Positions 39,249 to 50,789 of a DNA stretch of 64,000 bases are shown here, piece after piece. A program made the position numbers and the translations under genes. Below the pieces are notes generated by a model that had not been told where the DNA came from, did no database searches, and saw only the letters and a list, made by a program, of their open reading frames with translations. Source of the DNA: Vicugna vicugna (lineage: Eukaryota); NCBI GenBank assembly GCA_013265495.1, contig MU058221.1, positions 3,596,001 through 3,660,000 on the forward strand, written 5' to 3'. Numbering within the stretch: the stretch's first letter is position 1; every line of letters starts with the position of its first letter.

Positions 39249-39960
39249 AACAGCAGTTTTTAAATGCAGCCTAAAATCAGACAAGTATATTACACATACT
39301 CATACCTTGCTGAGGGGACATTTTTGATAGACTGTGGTCCAAATCTCAGAGCAGGCTTTGGAAGTAAAACTCAAGTGAGAATGAGAGGTCAACAAGAAGA
39401 GGTACATGAAAACCAGAGGAGGTAAGTCTGGGGATTTGCAGAAATCTAAGAGAGGATTTGGTCTTCCCGCTAGATACATAAAGGGGGTTAAAGAAAATTG
39501 TAGGTAAATCTTAAAGGTAGTATTTAAGTTGTCATATAGTTTATATTTGAATAGAGAAACATGAATACGCACATCAATCTGTTCATCTCTGTATCTATCT
39601 AGGGTTATTCAAAAGGACGTTTAATTCCAAATATTGCAAAAAAACCCAATAATTATGACTTGTCTTTCCTTAACTTACTCAGGGAAATATAATTGCGAAG
39701 AACATCTGCATTTGTTATAAGGAACTAGCTTTTATTACAGGGACCTTCTGTGTGCACTATCTGACTTAATCTTCTTTCTCACCTGGTAAATTAGATTTTA
39801 CTATCTAGATTTTTCTTTTGAAGAAGTGAAGCTCAGAATAGCCAAGTGTAATGACTGATGTGAATGGTAAATTTGGGGGTCAGACTGAGGTCCTCTGATA
39901 TTTACATCTGTCTTTTCACACCCATATCACTGCCTCTCCCAGTGTTCCATTTGGCCTCCC

Positions 39961-40118
39961 TTTTTTTTTTATTCTTTTTAAAAATTTTTTTTTATTGAAG
40001 TATAATCAGTTACAGTGTGTCAATTTCTGGTGTACAGCATAATGCCGCAGTCATGCATATACATACATATATTTGTTTTCACGTTGTTTTTCATTAAAGC
40101 TTTTTGCAAGGTATTGAA
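39961..40118 (-). mobile_element. Short L1 3' end (tail family A)
   Basis: Poly-T, then attgaagtataatcagttacagtgtgtcaatttctggtgtacagcataatg...gcaaggtattgaa. Confidence 0.88.
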
Positions 40119-40753
40119 AACAATATCCGATCAACCTTAGGGAAAATTACCTTCTCTCCACCTCCAGGTCTGCGTTATTTCTTGGTTGCAATTCAGCTGT
40201 CACCTGGCTGTCTGGGACATCCTGAGCAATTCTTTAACTCAAGTCTACCTTATACCAAAATTGCCAGGGTCCCTGACTTTCCTACCCAGGATATCATGCT
40301 TCTGAAAGCAAACCTGTTTTCATCACCCTGAGGGCTTCCTATCCTCTTACTGCATTGAGTATTAGCCTCCAGTAAGTCACCTTCTGCATTAACGAGGGGG
40401 ATAGTGAGTTAAGCAGGGGGTGCTGAGGTCCCTCTGAGACGTTGCCCTCTCACATAATATGTATTTTATACATAGTACCTGACATTGGCCTTCAGATGTT
40501 TTTTTCTTTAACCTCAAGGGGCTGACACATTTGGTGAGGTAGATCTGAGTCTTCCGTCAAGTCCAAGAAACTATACAGAGAGAGGAATCCAACAAATGAC
40601 AATCCACCTTAACCTTGAGCACTTCTTGGTTGAAGTTATCTTTCTGTGGTTATCAAAGCAAATAAATTACAAACAAACCAACCATGCATTCAAACCACAA
40701 CAACAGGTTCATTGAACATGACCTGCTTTCTGGAAGATCCAACGTTTCCATTT

Positions 40754-40899
40754 TATTTTTTTTATTTTATTTATTCTATTTTTTAATTTTTTTAATGACT
40801 ATTGTCATCATCTTGAAATTTTTTTAACATTTTTTATTGATTGATTTTTTTTATTGATTTATAATCATTTTACAATGCTGTGTCAAATTCCAGTGTAAG
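40754..40899 (-). mobile_element. Short L1 3' end (family B) with a probable 25-nt 3' transduction
   Basis: L1 tail at 40819-40897, unique segment at 40794-40818, second T-rich tail at 40754-40793; imperfect TSD cgtttccatttt / tgtttccaattt. Confidence 0.7.
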
Positions 40900-41639
40900 T
40901 GTTTCCAATTTAAATGAAAAAATTACTAGGTGAATTTCCAATCTATTTAAAAATTTACATAAGTTATGGATATCACAAGTGATGAAGGAAACATGAGGCC
41001 GATTTTCATAATATTCTGAGACGACATATTTAGAAATTACATTTTGATTTATCTGAAATATAGTCAGCTGGAGCCAAGTTAAATGTATAATTGTGACCAA
41101 TAAGTCACTTGTCTGTTTTATGCAGAAATCATCCTAACCTAGTTTTTCTCAATAGAAATACAAATTAGTAGAGAAAGAAATGCTAGAACATTACAGATAT
41201 GTGACCTTTAGTAAATGTGCTCCATGAAATTTGATTCCCACAAATTAATTTGAAAGGGCTTAGTCTGAATCATGTTGTTCAAGAGGGGAAAAGAAGTTGC
41301 TGTGCTATCAGAAAAGACTAGAGGGCAATGAATAAATCAATCACCATGATAAAATGTCAAAGAAGATGAGGCAGAATCCACGATGCCAGGGTTTCTCTGA
41401 AGTCTGGTGTTACTTAGCATCTTCATTAAAGCCTTAGAAAAGGGTATTGATGGACACTGGGAATTGAAGCTGGTCCTTCTGCACAGAACTATTTAGATAA
41501 CACAAACGCTCGTGTTGAATTACAGTGTACCCATTTATTTTCAAAAGTAGAAGAAGATTGGCACACCTATTTCCTAACTCATTTTCCAGAACTAAGTCGC
41601 TGGCTTTAAATGCGGGTTATCAAAATTTCCATTTGATAT

Positions 41640-42120
41640 TGTAGGGGAGGCAAATTTGTACCTCTGCCTTCTTCGGATTTTCCAACCGGATTTGAGAATC
41701 AGCTGACATAAGACAGATTAACAAGGGAAAGCATACACATTTATGTAAGTTTTTCATGACACAGGAGCCTCATAAGGCAATGAAGACTCCAAGAAATGAT
41801 GAAACCTGCAAAGACAGGCAATTGTGGGAAAGTAACTAAATTATGAGGGGAGGCTAAAGGAAGACACGGATTATATTACCAAGGTCTGTTAGCACGGGAT
41901 TCTCTTGGTCTCAATTTTTCATCCTTGAAGATAAGAATGTACTTTCCTTCTGCTGTAGGAAGGACATCTTTCACACGGAACTTTCATCTCCTGCTTTTAA
42001 GAAAAAGAAGGAAAGTCAGAGTGTTTTCCTTCTATTTGTTGTTTTTGAAGTACCTTTAACTCAAAATAGTCAATATGCCAGAGTGGCGTATTTTGGGATG
42101 GCATATTCTGCCACCCCTTA
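41640..42120 (-). mobile_element. MER34/MER31-like ERV1 solo LTR
   Basis: TG start; right end caaaatagtcaatatgccagagtggcgtattttgggatggcatattctgccacccctt is the reverse of the recalled MER34-group 5' end; 4-bp TSD ATAT (41636-41639 and 42121-42124). Confidence 0.8.
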
Positions 42121-42443
42121 ATATCATGAGTGCTGTTTAAGTTTCCCGACAGTATTAAAATGATTGTGTATTAGAGGTCCGCAGAATGCTAAATGTAGCT
42201 TATTGGATGATGGAAAAGAAGACAAAGACATGCCTATGCGTTTCATTTTAATTTCTACATACAGTTCCCTTTGTACACATTTGCTGTGCATTATATCCAT
42301 CTGATCCAAACCCAAGGACAGGAGAATGGTGAAATTTTACAAAATAATTGCAAACGGACACCCATGTATACCTTAAAACAACAGAACTCATGGAAAGAAA
42401 AGATTAATTCAGCTAAATAATTCTATATGATGTATGTGTATTT

Positions 42444-42576
42444 TTTTTACATTTTTTATTGATTCATAATCATTTTACAGTGTTGTGTCAAATTCCAGTG
42501 TTCAGCACAATTTTTCACTCATTCATGGACATATACACACTCATTGTCACATTTTTTTCTCTGTGATTTATCATAA
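42444..42576 (-). mobile_element. 133-bp L1 3' end (family B)
   Basis: Perfect 17-bp TSD atgatgtatgtgtattt at 42427-42443 and 42577-42593; TTT/AA target. Confidence 0.92.
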
Positions 42577-42727
42577 ATGATGTATGTGTATTTAATCTCT
42601 ACCAAACACGCCCAGTATCAGGGACCAAGAAGAGGAAGAAATATGACCATTCTTGCCTTAAGTGGGGATGACTTCCAACCAGGAAGAAAAAAAAATGATG
42701 AAAGATTTAATTAGAAGGGTTGTAACT

Positions 42728-42778
42728 TTGACACAACATTGTAAAATGATTATAAATCAATAAAAAAGTTTAAAAAAA
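42728..42778 (+). mobile_element. 51-bp L1 3' end (family B)
   Basis: ttgacacaacattgtaaaatgattataaatcaataaaaaagtttaaaaaaa flanked by TSD aagggttgtaact (42715-42727 and 42779-42791). Confidence 0.9.
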
Positions 42779-42889
42779 AAGGGTTGTAACTGCTGCCTTG
42801 ACACTTTTCCTTACTCACTTTTTCCAACTAATCACTTCTTTGGTCCCTTTGGATCCTTCTGGAAAGGTGGGCTGCTCTTCATGGTCTTT

Positions 42890-42943
42890 TTTTTTTTTTT
42901 TAATCGGAGTATAGTCAGTTACAATGTGTCAATCTCTTGTGTA
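42890..42943 (-). mobile_element. 54-bp L1 3' end (family A)
   Basis: Poly-T plus aatcggagtatagtcagttacaatgtgtcaatctcttgtgta; 14-bp TSD tcttcatggtcttt / tctttgtggtcttt. Confidence 0.85.
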
Positions 42944-43552
42944 TCTTTGTGGTCTTTAAAAAGACATTTTCCTGAGGTGCTACATGACACCTGTTAACTA
43001 TTCTCAGGAACTGATAGTCCAGGCAGGGCCGGAGCTAACTCTCAGTGTGAATTGACTTAAATCATCTCCTTGGCATTTGACCAAATTCTTCAGTTTTTTA
43101 TCTTAATTAATATCCAAAGAAAAATGTACATAAACTTGCAATTACAAAGAGCTACACAGATACACATGTTGCTCAGAACATCAAGCGTCAATTTAAGTAG
43201 TTCTTTCAGGGAAGAGATGTTAAATGGAAGTGGTTTGTTCTTTACTCTAAAGGACACTCATCTCTTCTTCCTCATTAAAACAACAACAAAAACCAAAGAC
43301 AGTCTTGAGTCTGACCCTCAGGTCTTCATAGTTTCCAATTCTATAAAATGATGTTTTCATGTCCAATTGCTGAATGCATGAGACATGAGCAAATTATTTT
43401 TTTAAAGAAGTATTGCCTTTGAAACACTATTTTTGTAAGATGAAAAAATAGCTAATTTTTCCTGGTTATATGAATGATGCAAGTTCATTGTATCATTGTA
43501 TCATAAATTCAAAGCAATGCAAAAAATTAAGGAAGAAAGTAAAAATTCAGTG

Positions 43553-44070
43553 TGTTACCGCATCCAAACTTGTTCTGCTCGCCGCATGACAGGCTAATAA
43601 ATCAGGAAATGAGGTGAATGGGGCAAGGAATAGTGACTGTATTCAGAAAGCCAGCAGACCAAGAAGATGGCAGACTAATGCCCTGGAGAACCATCTTGCC
43701 CAAGTCAGACGTCAGGCTCCTTTTATACTAAAAATGGGAGGGAGTGTGCTTGGTTGTTGCAAACTTCTTGGTGTAGGAATTCTTTGTTCTCGTGGGTCCA
43801 CGTGGGTCAGGTCATGGTGCCTCTATAAAATCTCCAGCGAAACAAATGTTATTTTCTATTCCCAACGTGTTATCTGTACAAATGCCAAAGTGTTAATATC
43901 TTTAAAGGTCGGAGCCTTGAGAACAGGCTCTCCTGTCTATTTCAGGCTAAAGGCAATGTTCTTTTACAAAAGGTGCAGAACCAGCAAGACTGAGCCTTGA
44001 AAACAGGGCACAGGCTCAAAGCCAAAGAAACAGATCTAATATGGAGTCCGATTTGTTCTTTTCTGCTACA
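43553..44070 (-). mobile_element. ERV1 solo LTR (copy 2 of 3), 518 bp
   Basis: TG...CA termini; 4-bp TSD agtg/aatg (1 mismatch); minus-strand TATA (AGTATAAAAGG). Confidence 0.88.
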
Positions 44071-44649
44071 AATGGACATTCCAGCACTTTTTGGGGGGGG
44101 GGATTTAGTGCCTATGTAGATGCATAAATCCATAGCCAAATGACTAGGATCATAATATGGATGTTTTTAGTTCAAGCACCACTTTACTAATTTTTATTTG
44201 TGGATGCTCCCATCCCTCTTCCATTTCTTCTATGGCTTGGCCTCCCACGCCCCACACAGTTCACACATCCAGAGGTAAAACCCCATTCTCCATGATAGCG
44301 TTGTTACTACTTATTTTCATAATAGAAATAATAGAATATGTAGTTTGGAGGCTCAAACGTGATTCTAGAATTCCTTCATGGCAACTAGTAAACTCGTTAA
44401 ACTGGCGACTGTTTTTAGTGACTACACAGTGCTCCGTGACTGGCTGCAGCAGAACGGAGTGACTGTTTTCCCTGTGGGCGATTAACTTGCAGATTCCCTA
44501 CGGATTTGTTTCTTCCTCTCAGAGAACGCTGCAGTCTGCATCCTTATTTCTATGGAATGCATTTGCCAAAGTGGAAACTATTTTAATAGTTACGGCCAGA
44601 ATGCAATCCAAATATTTAAAAAATGTTCATAATGTACATTTTATCATCA

Positions 44650-45060
44650 GTGAATGAAAAGGTCATGTTTTTCCCCTGCTGAAATCTACAGAAACAATAG
44701 ATTTATGACTCCCTTTATTACTGGCTTTTTGTGAATCAGAAGATGAGAACCAGTATCTCACTTTCAACTCAGTCTGCATTTCCCTGGCTTCTAGAGAAGT
44801 TGAACAACTGCTAGTGACTGTTTTCCTCTGCACGTTGGAGACAACCTATGTATGTTTCTCTCCAATTTTTCTGTGGTGCCTCTATTGTCTTCTTTCCTAA
44901 TTCATTTTCTGAACTTTTTATTAAACTTAAAGCTGTTCACTTATTATTTGTCGTATGCCTTCTCAATAGTTTATTGCAATTTATTACTCACGTTTTTATT
45001 TCAGAATGGTAGATTACGTTACATCAAAATGTAAATGTCTGTAGTCCTGTATTTTTAGCT
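44650..45060 (-). mobile_element. Old L1M fragment
   Basis: Degenerate reverse ORF2 (gtatctcactttcaactcagtctgcatttccctggcttctagagaagttgaaca). Confidence 0.55.
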
Positions 45061-47404
45061 GTTATTAGCTCCTTGTAGCCATCTGTTTGTTCTCTTGGGG
45101 AAATGAAGGAGTCCTGGCAACCATTAAATGATCCCTCCGTACTAAGAGAGGAATGAGAGAGAACACAATTCTAATATAGAAAAAGCATTGTCAGAGTTAC
45201 ATGCATATACAGTAACACTAAAGCAGCTACACAGTCTCGAGAGTTTCACAAAAATTCGCACAGAAAAGTAGAAGAGAGAAGAATGAAACGTTCTTGATAT
45301 ACTTTAAGATCGTCTTATGTTTAGGTTGTGAGAGACCTTTGAGTTAATCTGGAGGTGTTCCAGGGTCAGAAGCTCCATGAACTTGCACTGTACAATCAAA
45401 AGGTTGACTTTAAAAAAAAAACAAGACAATTATGTTCTTAGAGAGACACTCTAAATAGGGGGGAACAGGTGGGCAACAGCCTCATTTCTCATCGTTTTAC
45501 CCTAAGAGTTTCAAAGATGTTTTTCAAATAACTTTTTTTTTTCAATGCAGCAAACTATTCATTCTCCTTTATCACTCATTCATTCCTAAACTGTCTTCCA
45601 TATGGACATGAGTCCATTTAAATAACAGTAATTGTTGTCCATTTGCTACATTTCTTAAGAAAATAAAGACACTTTAGCAAATATCATAAGTCGAAATAAA
45701 TATTATTTGTGGAATGATTATTCGAAATTATTTTTAAAAGCTCATTTTTATTAGATAATAATGAGAGGGAAGGAAAATTGGCGATTGAAGAGTTGTTCTG
45801 CAGTTAAGATATGTGATTTTAACATCATCACAGTCACATGTTATCCCTCTAAACATAGGCAAGGGATTTGCACGTTTAAGGAATTGTGAATTATTGAAAA
45901 GTGCTCAGGGCTAAATTGGCTAAGAGTGCCTGTTAAGTGAGCAATCAGGGACTCTGTCACACAAAATAGCTCACAGCCAAAAGTGAATTATTTTCAAAAG
46001 TGAAACTGAAGAGTCGGTTGAATTGCAGACCCCCGCACATCTTCTGCCAGCACATTCTTTTCGTGACTGAGAACGTCATGTTGGAAAGTGAATGAGCTGC
46101 TTCAGGACAGTCTTAGAAACTGCTTCAACATGAGGACTGTAGGTTGCAGAGTGAACATGATGGGTTTCTTTTTCTGTGATTAAAATTGATCGTAAAACAA
46201 TTCATCTTACAAGCTATGAAGGTATTACAAATTTTTTTTTAGTATTTTTGATCATGAAAGATCATGACTATAACTTGTCTTTCAAATGGATGGTAGCCTA
46301 TACAGTTTAGAATCTTCAGCCCTATTAACACTGAGAGGGATAAAGGAAGTAACTAATTAACAACACAATGATTTCATATTTTAAATACTCTCTTTAATAG
46401 CAATTTAAATGTGATGTACAATCTGGTTGGAGAAGATTGCCAGGAAATAGTGAGGTGGGGCTATAACATTAAAATATATTTGGGAAGGCATTTTGAAAAA
46501 CTGAAATGAAGAGTAACTTTGTCCCTGAATAGCTTGGGGACCAGTCCAAGGGAGGGCACTAAGAGGTCCGTCTGTCTGTGTGTCTGTGTGTGAGATGAGG
46601 CTATCGCCAAGGCAATCCATTATCGTATTGTCAGAGTTAACACTGGGCCAAGAGGGCAAATGAATTAATTGAAGTAGAAAGGTTGAAAGTCAGGAGAACA
46701 GATCAATCAGTGGGTCAATTTGAGGAATTACAGAGACGAAGATTTATAAAACATGCAAATGATGGTAAGAATGATATACATTAAAGTGGGGGGAATCATT
46801 CTCCCAATGTCGTCCATCATCTGGAAGCACTTTTGTACAGATGAGTCATAATTTCTTAAAGTGACTTCATGGCCCCGCGAATATCTGGCCCATCTAATTA
46901 CAAAAATCCTTTCCAAGGAAAGGTCCTTCATGAGGCTTACGAACAGCGAGTCAGATGCTTGGCTTAAATTGTACACCTTTGAGGACTAAACCCACATTAT
47001 TAAATTCTTCCATTACAATGGTAAACCCTGATTTCCTCATTAAATTTGATATGATGAATTGTCATGTGCACATCCAGAAGCTACGACTATAGAATCTTGT
47101 GCCGCTAAAATTTTTAAAATCTCAATTTATATAATAGAAACCAACTTTGTCATAAAAGTTGCCATTTACACAAAGAGAACCCTTTGTGTTTTAGAAACTG
47201 TCTGGGCTTTTCTGCTTTCTCATAGAAAAACACATTAAAAGGTGAGAGATGAAAGTCAGGTTGATGTAATCTCTCGTCTAGAATCACAAACTCTAAGAGG
47301 GTTGTCCCAGGTCTGTCTGTCTTCAGAGCTTAGACTCTTGACTTAGCTTATGTAGCTCTGGCATTGTCATCACTGACAGGCTTGTAGATTAAAAGTGTAA
47401 GTTA

Positions 47405-47490
47405 GGGGTGGGTATAGCTCAGTGGTAGTGCGCATGCTTAGCATGCATGAGGTCTGGGGTTCAATCCCCAGCACCTCCATTAAAATAAAG
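47405..47490 (+). mobile_element. tRNA-Ala(AGC)-derived SINE (Vic-1 type)
   Basis: ggggtgggtatagctcagtggtagtgcgcatgcttagcatgcatgaggtctggggttcaatccccagcacctcca plus A-rich tail. Box A, box B and AGC anticodon arm intact; acceptor stem broken. Confidence 0.9.
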
Positions 47491-47788
47491 AAAGGTATAA
47501 ACAGAGTCAGAAGGCTTTGGTATAGATCCGCAGAGAAGAATGCAGAAAAAGCAGTTAGGAATAGCAGAAACCATTCCCAAACTTTTGAAATAGACTTTAT
47601 GAGGAACAAAATGGCTCAATAACAAGACCATCAAAGAATGCCCTTTGTTGGGCACTGTGTTATATCATAGACTAATCCAGGGTATAATTGCCTTCAGTTC
47701 CTTCTCTCTCTTTTTTTTTTTTATTATGTCTTTGTGTGACCTTCAACACATTTTGTGTCTTCAGATGTAGAATTCTAAGCACCAAATT

Positions 47789-47911
47789 AGGGTGACCAGT
47801 TTGTCCCAGTTTACCTGGGATGGTCCTTGTTTGCCTGAGACTTCTTCTGTTTCGACACTGAAATTCCCATGTTCCTGGGACATCCTCAGAAACCAGACTG
47901 GTCGCCACCCA
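47789..47911. mobile_element. MER94-like hAT-Blackjack relic
   Basis: agggtgaccagtttgtcccagtttacctggga...cactgaaattcccatgttcctggga...ccaccc; inverted termini as in the recalled MER94 consensus. Confidence 0.7.
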
Positions 47912-49243
47912 CTTGAGATATGAGGAGAGGTGACTCAGGATCAACTTCCAGATGGAAGGCATCCTAAAGACGATGTATGGAGATTTCAAGTTCACGTGGT
48001 TCAAAAAGGTGGCCATTTCCAAATTAGATATAGTAATGTTAACTTAGCTTATTCTACAATGAGGTCATAAAACACATAAGCAGTGAATAAAGACTATTTC
48101 ATTTCTAGATTGTCAAAAATCTGAGTTTCTCTGCTTCTTTATATTAAGAAGCAAACTGTTCAGACCATAAACTTATGTTTGAAAAATAGAGCTTTGTCCT
48201 TAAGTAACTGAAAGTCCAGGAATCTCTCCCCGCTTTAGAAGTTTCTATCCACAACTTTAAAAAAAATACACATATTTCTAAAACATAATGTTATGACTCT
48301 GTTGTTCTAACGTGTGTGTGTGTGAAGCTGCGGACTGCTTTGTCCACAGCAGGAAAATAGAACTGCAAAGGTGTTTTCAGAATACTGGGAGTCTACAGAG
48401 AGACAAGGAGAAAGAAAACAGAATCAAGACAGTCAGTGCAAACCTTTGATGAAATTTGGAGGGATGTTTTAAAAGAAAGTTATTCCTCCTTATTGGACGT
48501 GAATACTTTCATAAATTTTGATGCTCACCCAGGATTTAAAGATCCCAAGATAATCAAAGAAATTCAGGGCATCTAATTTAAAGTCATGGAGAGAAGAGAA
48601 AGGTCCGTTGTCTGGAGGCGTCTCTTTTATCCTGCTTTTGTGGGTTCCCTTATGCATTTTGTGGATCAGAACAACATTAAATGGTCTACTCTCTCTGCCC
48701 AAAACTCCTAATCCAAGTAAACAGGAGCAAGTTTAACTGTAGAAAGCAGAGCAGAGATGCATGCTGTAGCTAACGGCAGTGTTTTCATAGTATCTCAGAG
48801 ACCCCAGTTGACAGTTAGTAAAAACCCCCCTGTGAGTTCGTGCGTCTTGTGACTAAATACAGAGTTTGTAATATTCTACTGGGAACAGATAATAAAGAAA
48901 TTAGTAACTAAATATCATTCTGATGAGTCATGAGGGTGATGAAGGCCAGCGGAGCAAAGCGCAGGAAAAAGAGTAAGAGGGAAAGCAGCTCTTTACGCTG
49001 TTCACACAGGGAGGTCACAGAAGGCCTCGGGAAGTCTGGCCGATGAGAGAAATCAGAATGAAGTAATGGCGCAAACCCAAGTGCAATCTGGAGTCATATG
49101 ACTCCGGCACGGGGAGCAAGTCTGAACAATTACTATGACTTTGAGGTGGAAATGCACCAGAGTAGTTAAGAACGAAGATGGCTCGTGGGTGGTGGTAGAA
49201 ATTTCAGGCACAATGGTAGTGAGTTGCATGAGCAGTGGAGTCT

Positions 49244-49709
49244 TGTCAAAGAGAAGTCGCACCGGTTTTTTAAAACAGCAAGGGAGACTTTCAGGCAAGA
49301 CTGTTGCAATGGTGGAGAGGCAGCTGACTCGGCTCCAGGGGAACATAAAATGGGATCGTCTTTTGAGCACAAGGGTGTACTAGCAGGGAAGTCTTGGAGG
49401 ATGTTGGTGGGTGTTGATCGATGTGCTTTTCATTGGCACTTGCAGAAATATGTGTATTTCACCGCCAGACAGAGACAGAGAGAGGATCTTCTTTGATGGT
49501 TGAAGTTTAAACGAATGACTCCAGTTCCTTGGAAAGGGCATTGCTAGGTGGTAAAACTGGCAAGAAGCTAGGAGAAGATTTATATATTAAAGGGGCAGAC
49601 AAATGATTTACAGTAGCAAGGTTTCTTTTGTTTTTTTAAGTAACTGCTGTAAGAAAAGGAAGGTTAGGGGGACCTCTAGGCAGGAAGAGGGCTGCCTAAA
49701 GTTTAGTCA
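49244..49709 (-). mobile_element. Old ERV1 LTR (MER67-like)
   Basis: TG start, ...ggctgcctaaagtttagtca end (reverse TGACTAAACTTTAGGCAGCC); gactttcaggcaagactgttgcaat resembles the U5 side. No clean TSD. Confidence 0.5.
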
Positions 49710-49719
49710 AGCTGAGGGG

Positions 49720-50100
49720 AACAATACGGCTGCCTTGGTCAGTCTCACATGCTGTAAGGACTTTAATCATATGTGGAATGCGGTGAAGAGGCGGTGGGAG
49801 CTTTGCAACAAGGAATAGATGCGATCTAATGTATATTTTTAAAATCTCACCATGAGCACTCTAGGAAGAACTGACTGTAGGGGATGTGGTGGAAGTAGAG
49901 AAGCTGTTTGTTGTACTGCAGAAATTCAGATGAGAGAGGAAGGAGGCTTAAACTAAGGTTGTGGAAATGAACATCATCACATAGAGACGACAGGATTTGC
50001 TAACGGACTACATATGTATTTTATGCAAGTAAGAGGATGTGATGACTGTTAGGTCTTGACCTAAAGAACAGAGTAAATGTAGTGCCATTAATTAGTGAAA
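49720..50100 (-). mobile_element. L2 relic
   Basis: aaggactttaatcatatgtggaatgcggtgaagagg...gatgcgatctaatgtatatttttaaaatctcac...caggatttgctaacggact. Confidence 0.65.
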
Positions 50101-50144
50101 GATTCAGGCAGAGAGGCAATCAAGTCTATGAGAATATACTGAGG

Positions 50145-50785
50145 GTTTTTTAAAAATATTACCACTATGTTGAAGTTCATAGAAAAAACTATAGTGAATG
50201 CCATTGTAGTCACCATCTCACTTCATCAAATCATGTTTCTTCCGTATTTCCTTCAAATTTGTTTTTCAAAGTGAAATTTTGCAAAGAAGGTTAAAAGTCC
50301 ACTGCGGACCTAGCACATGATTCCATTTCTCCCTTCCCCTCGCAGACATTCCTACTTTACTGTATTTGGTGACTGTCATTCCCATGCAGCTTTTGATATA
50401 TTTGTCAACGATTTATGTATGAACAAAGATGATATGGTGGTGTTTGGCATACTTAAAGTTTATATATATGATTTATATATGTGTAAAGTTTATATATATG
50501 ATTTATATATATGTAAAGCTTACATATATATAAAATTTTATTTTTTTCTTATTTAATATGGCTCTAGTTCATTCATTTCAACTGCTACCTATTATTCTGT
50601 TTTATGATATGTCATCATTTTTTATTATTCCTTCTAGATTTCCAACTCTGTTTCTGTTATTAACAACACTATAAGGAACAGACTTGCTGATATGTTCTTT
50701 GTAGATAAACAATATTTTTCTTTAGAATATACTGGGAAGAGCACCTGGTGGTTTAATATTTACAAAGTATTCTTTAAAGGGTCTA
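50145..50785 (-). mobile_element. Old L1ME-type 3' region
   Basis: ctagttcattcatttcaactgct...gatttccaactctgtttctgttattaacaacact...tttagaatatactgggaag. Confidence 0.6.
50454..50531. repeat. 30-bp AT-rich tandem repeat (~2.6 copies)
   Basis: taaagtttatatatatgatttatatatgtg / taaagtttatatatatgatttatatatatg / taaagcttacatatatat. Confidence 0.9.
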
Positions 50786-50789
50786 CACC

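Noticed and set aside
39331-39421. Purine-rich candidate exon ending GAG|GTAAGT
   Set aside because: Weak acceptor, and the peptide (CGPNLRAGFGSKTQVRMRGQQEEVHENQR) is unrecognised. Insufficient support.
47405-47479. Functional tRNA-Ala(AGC) gene
   Set aside because: The acceptor stem is mispaired, it has an extended 5' G-run and an A-rich tail, and three related degenerate copies exist, so it is a SINE.
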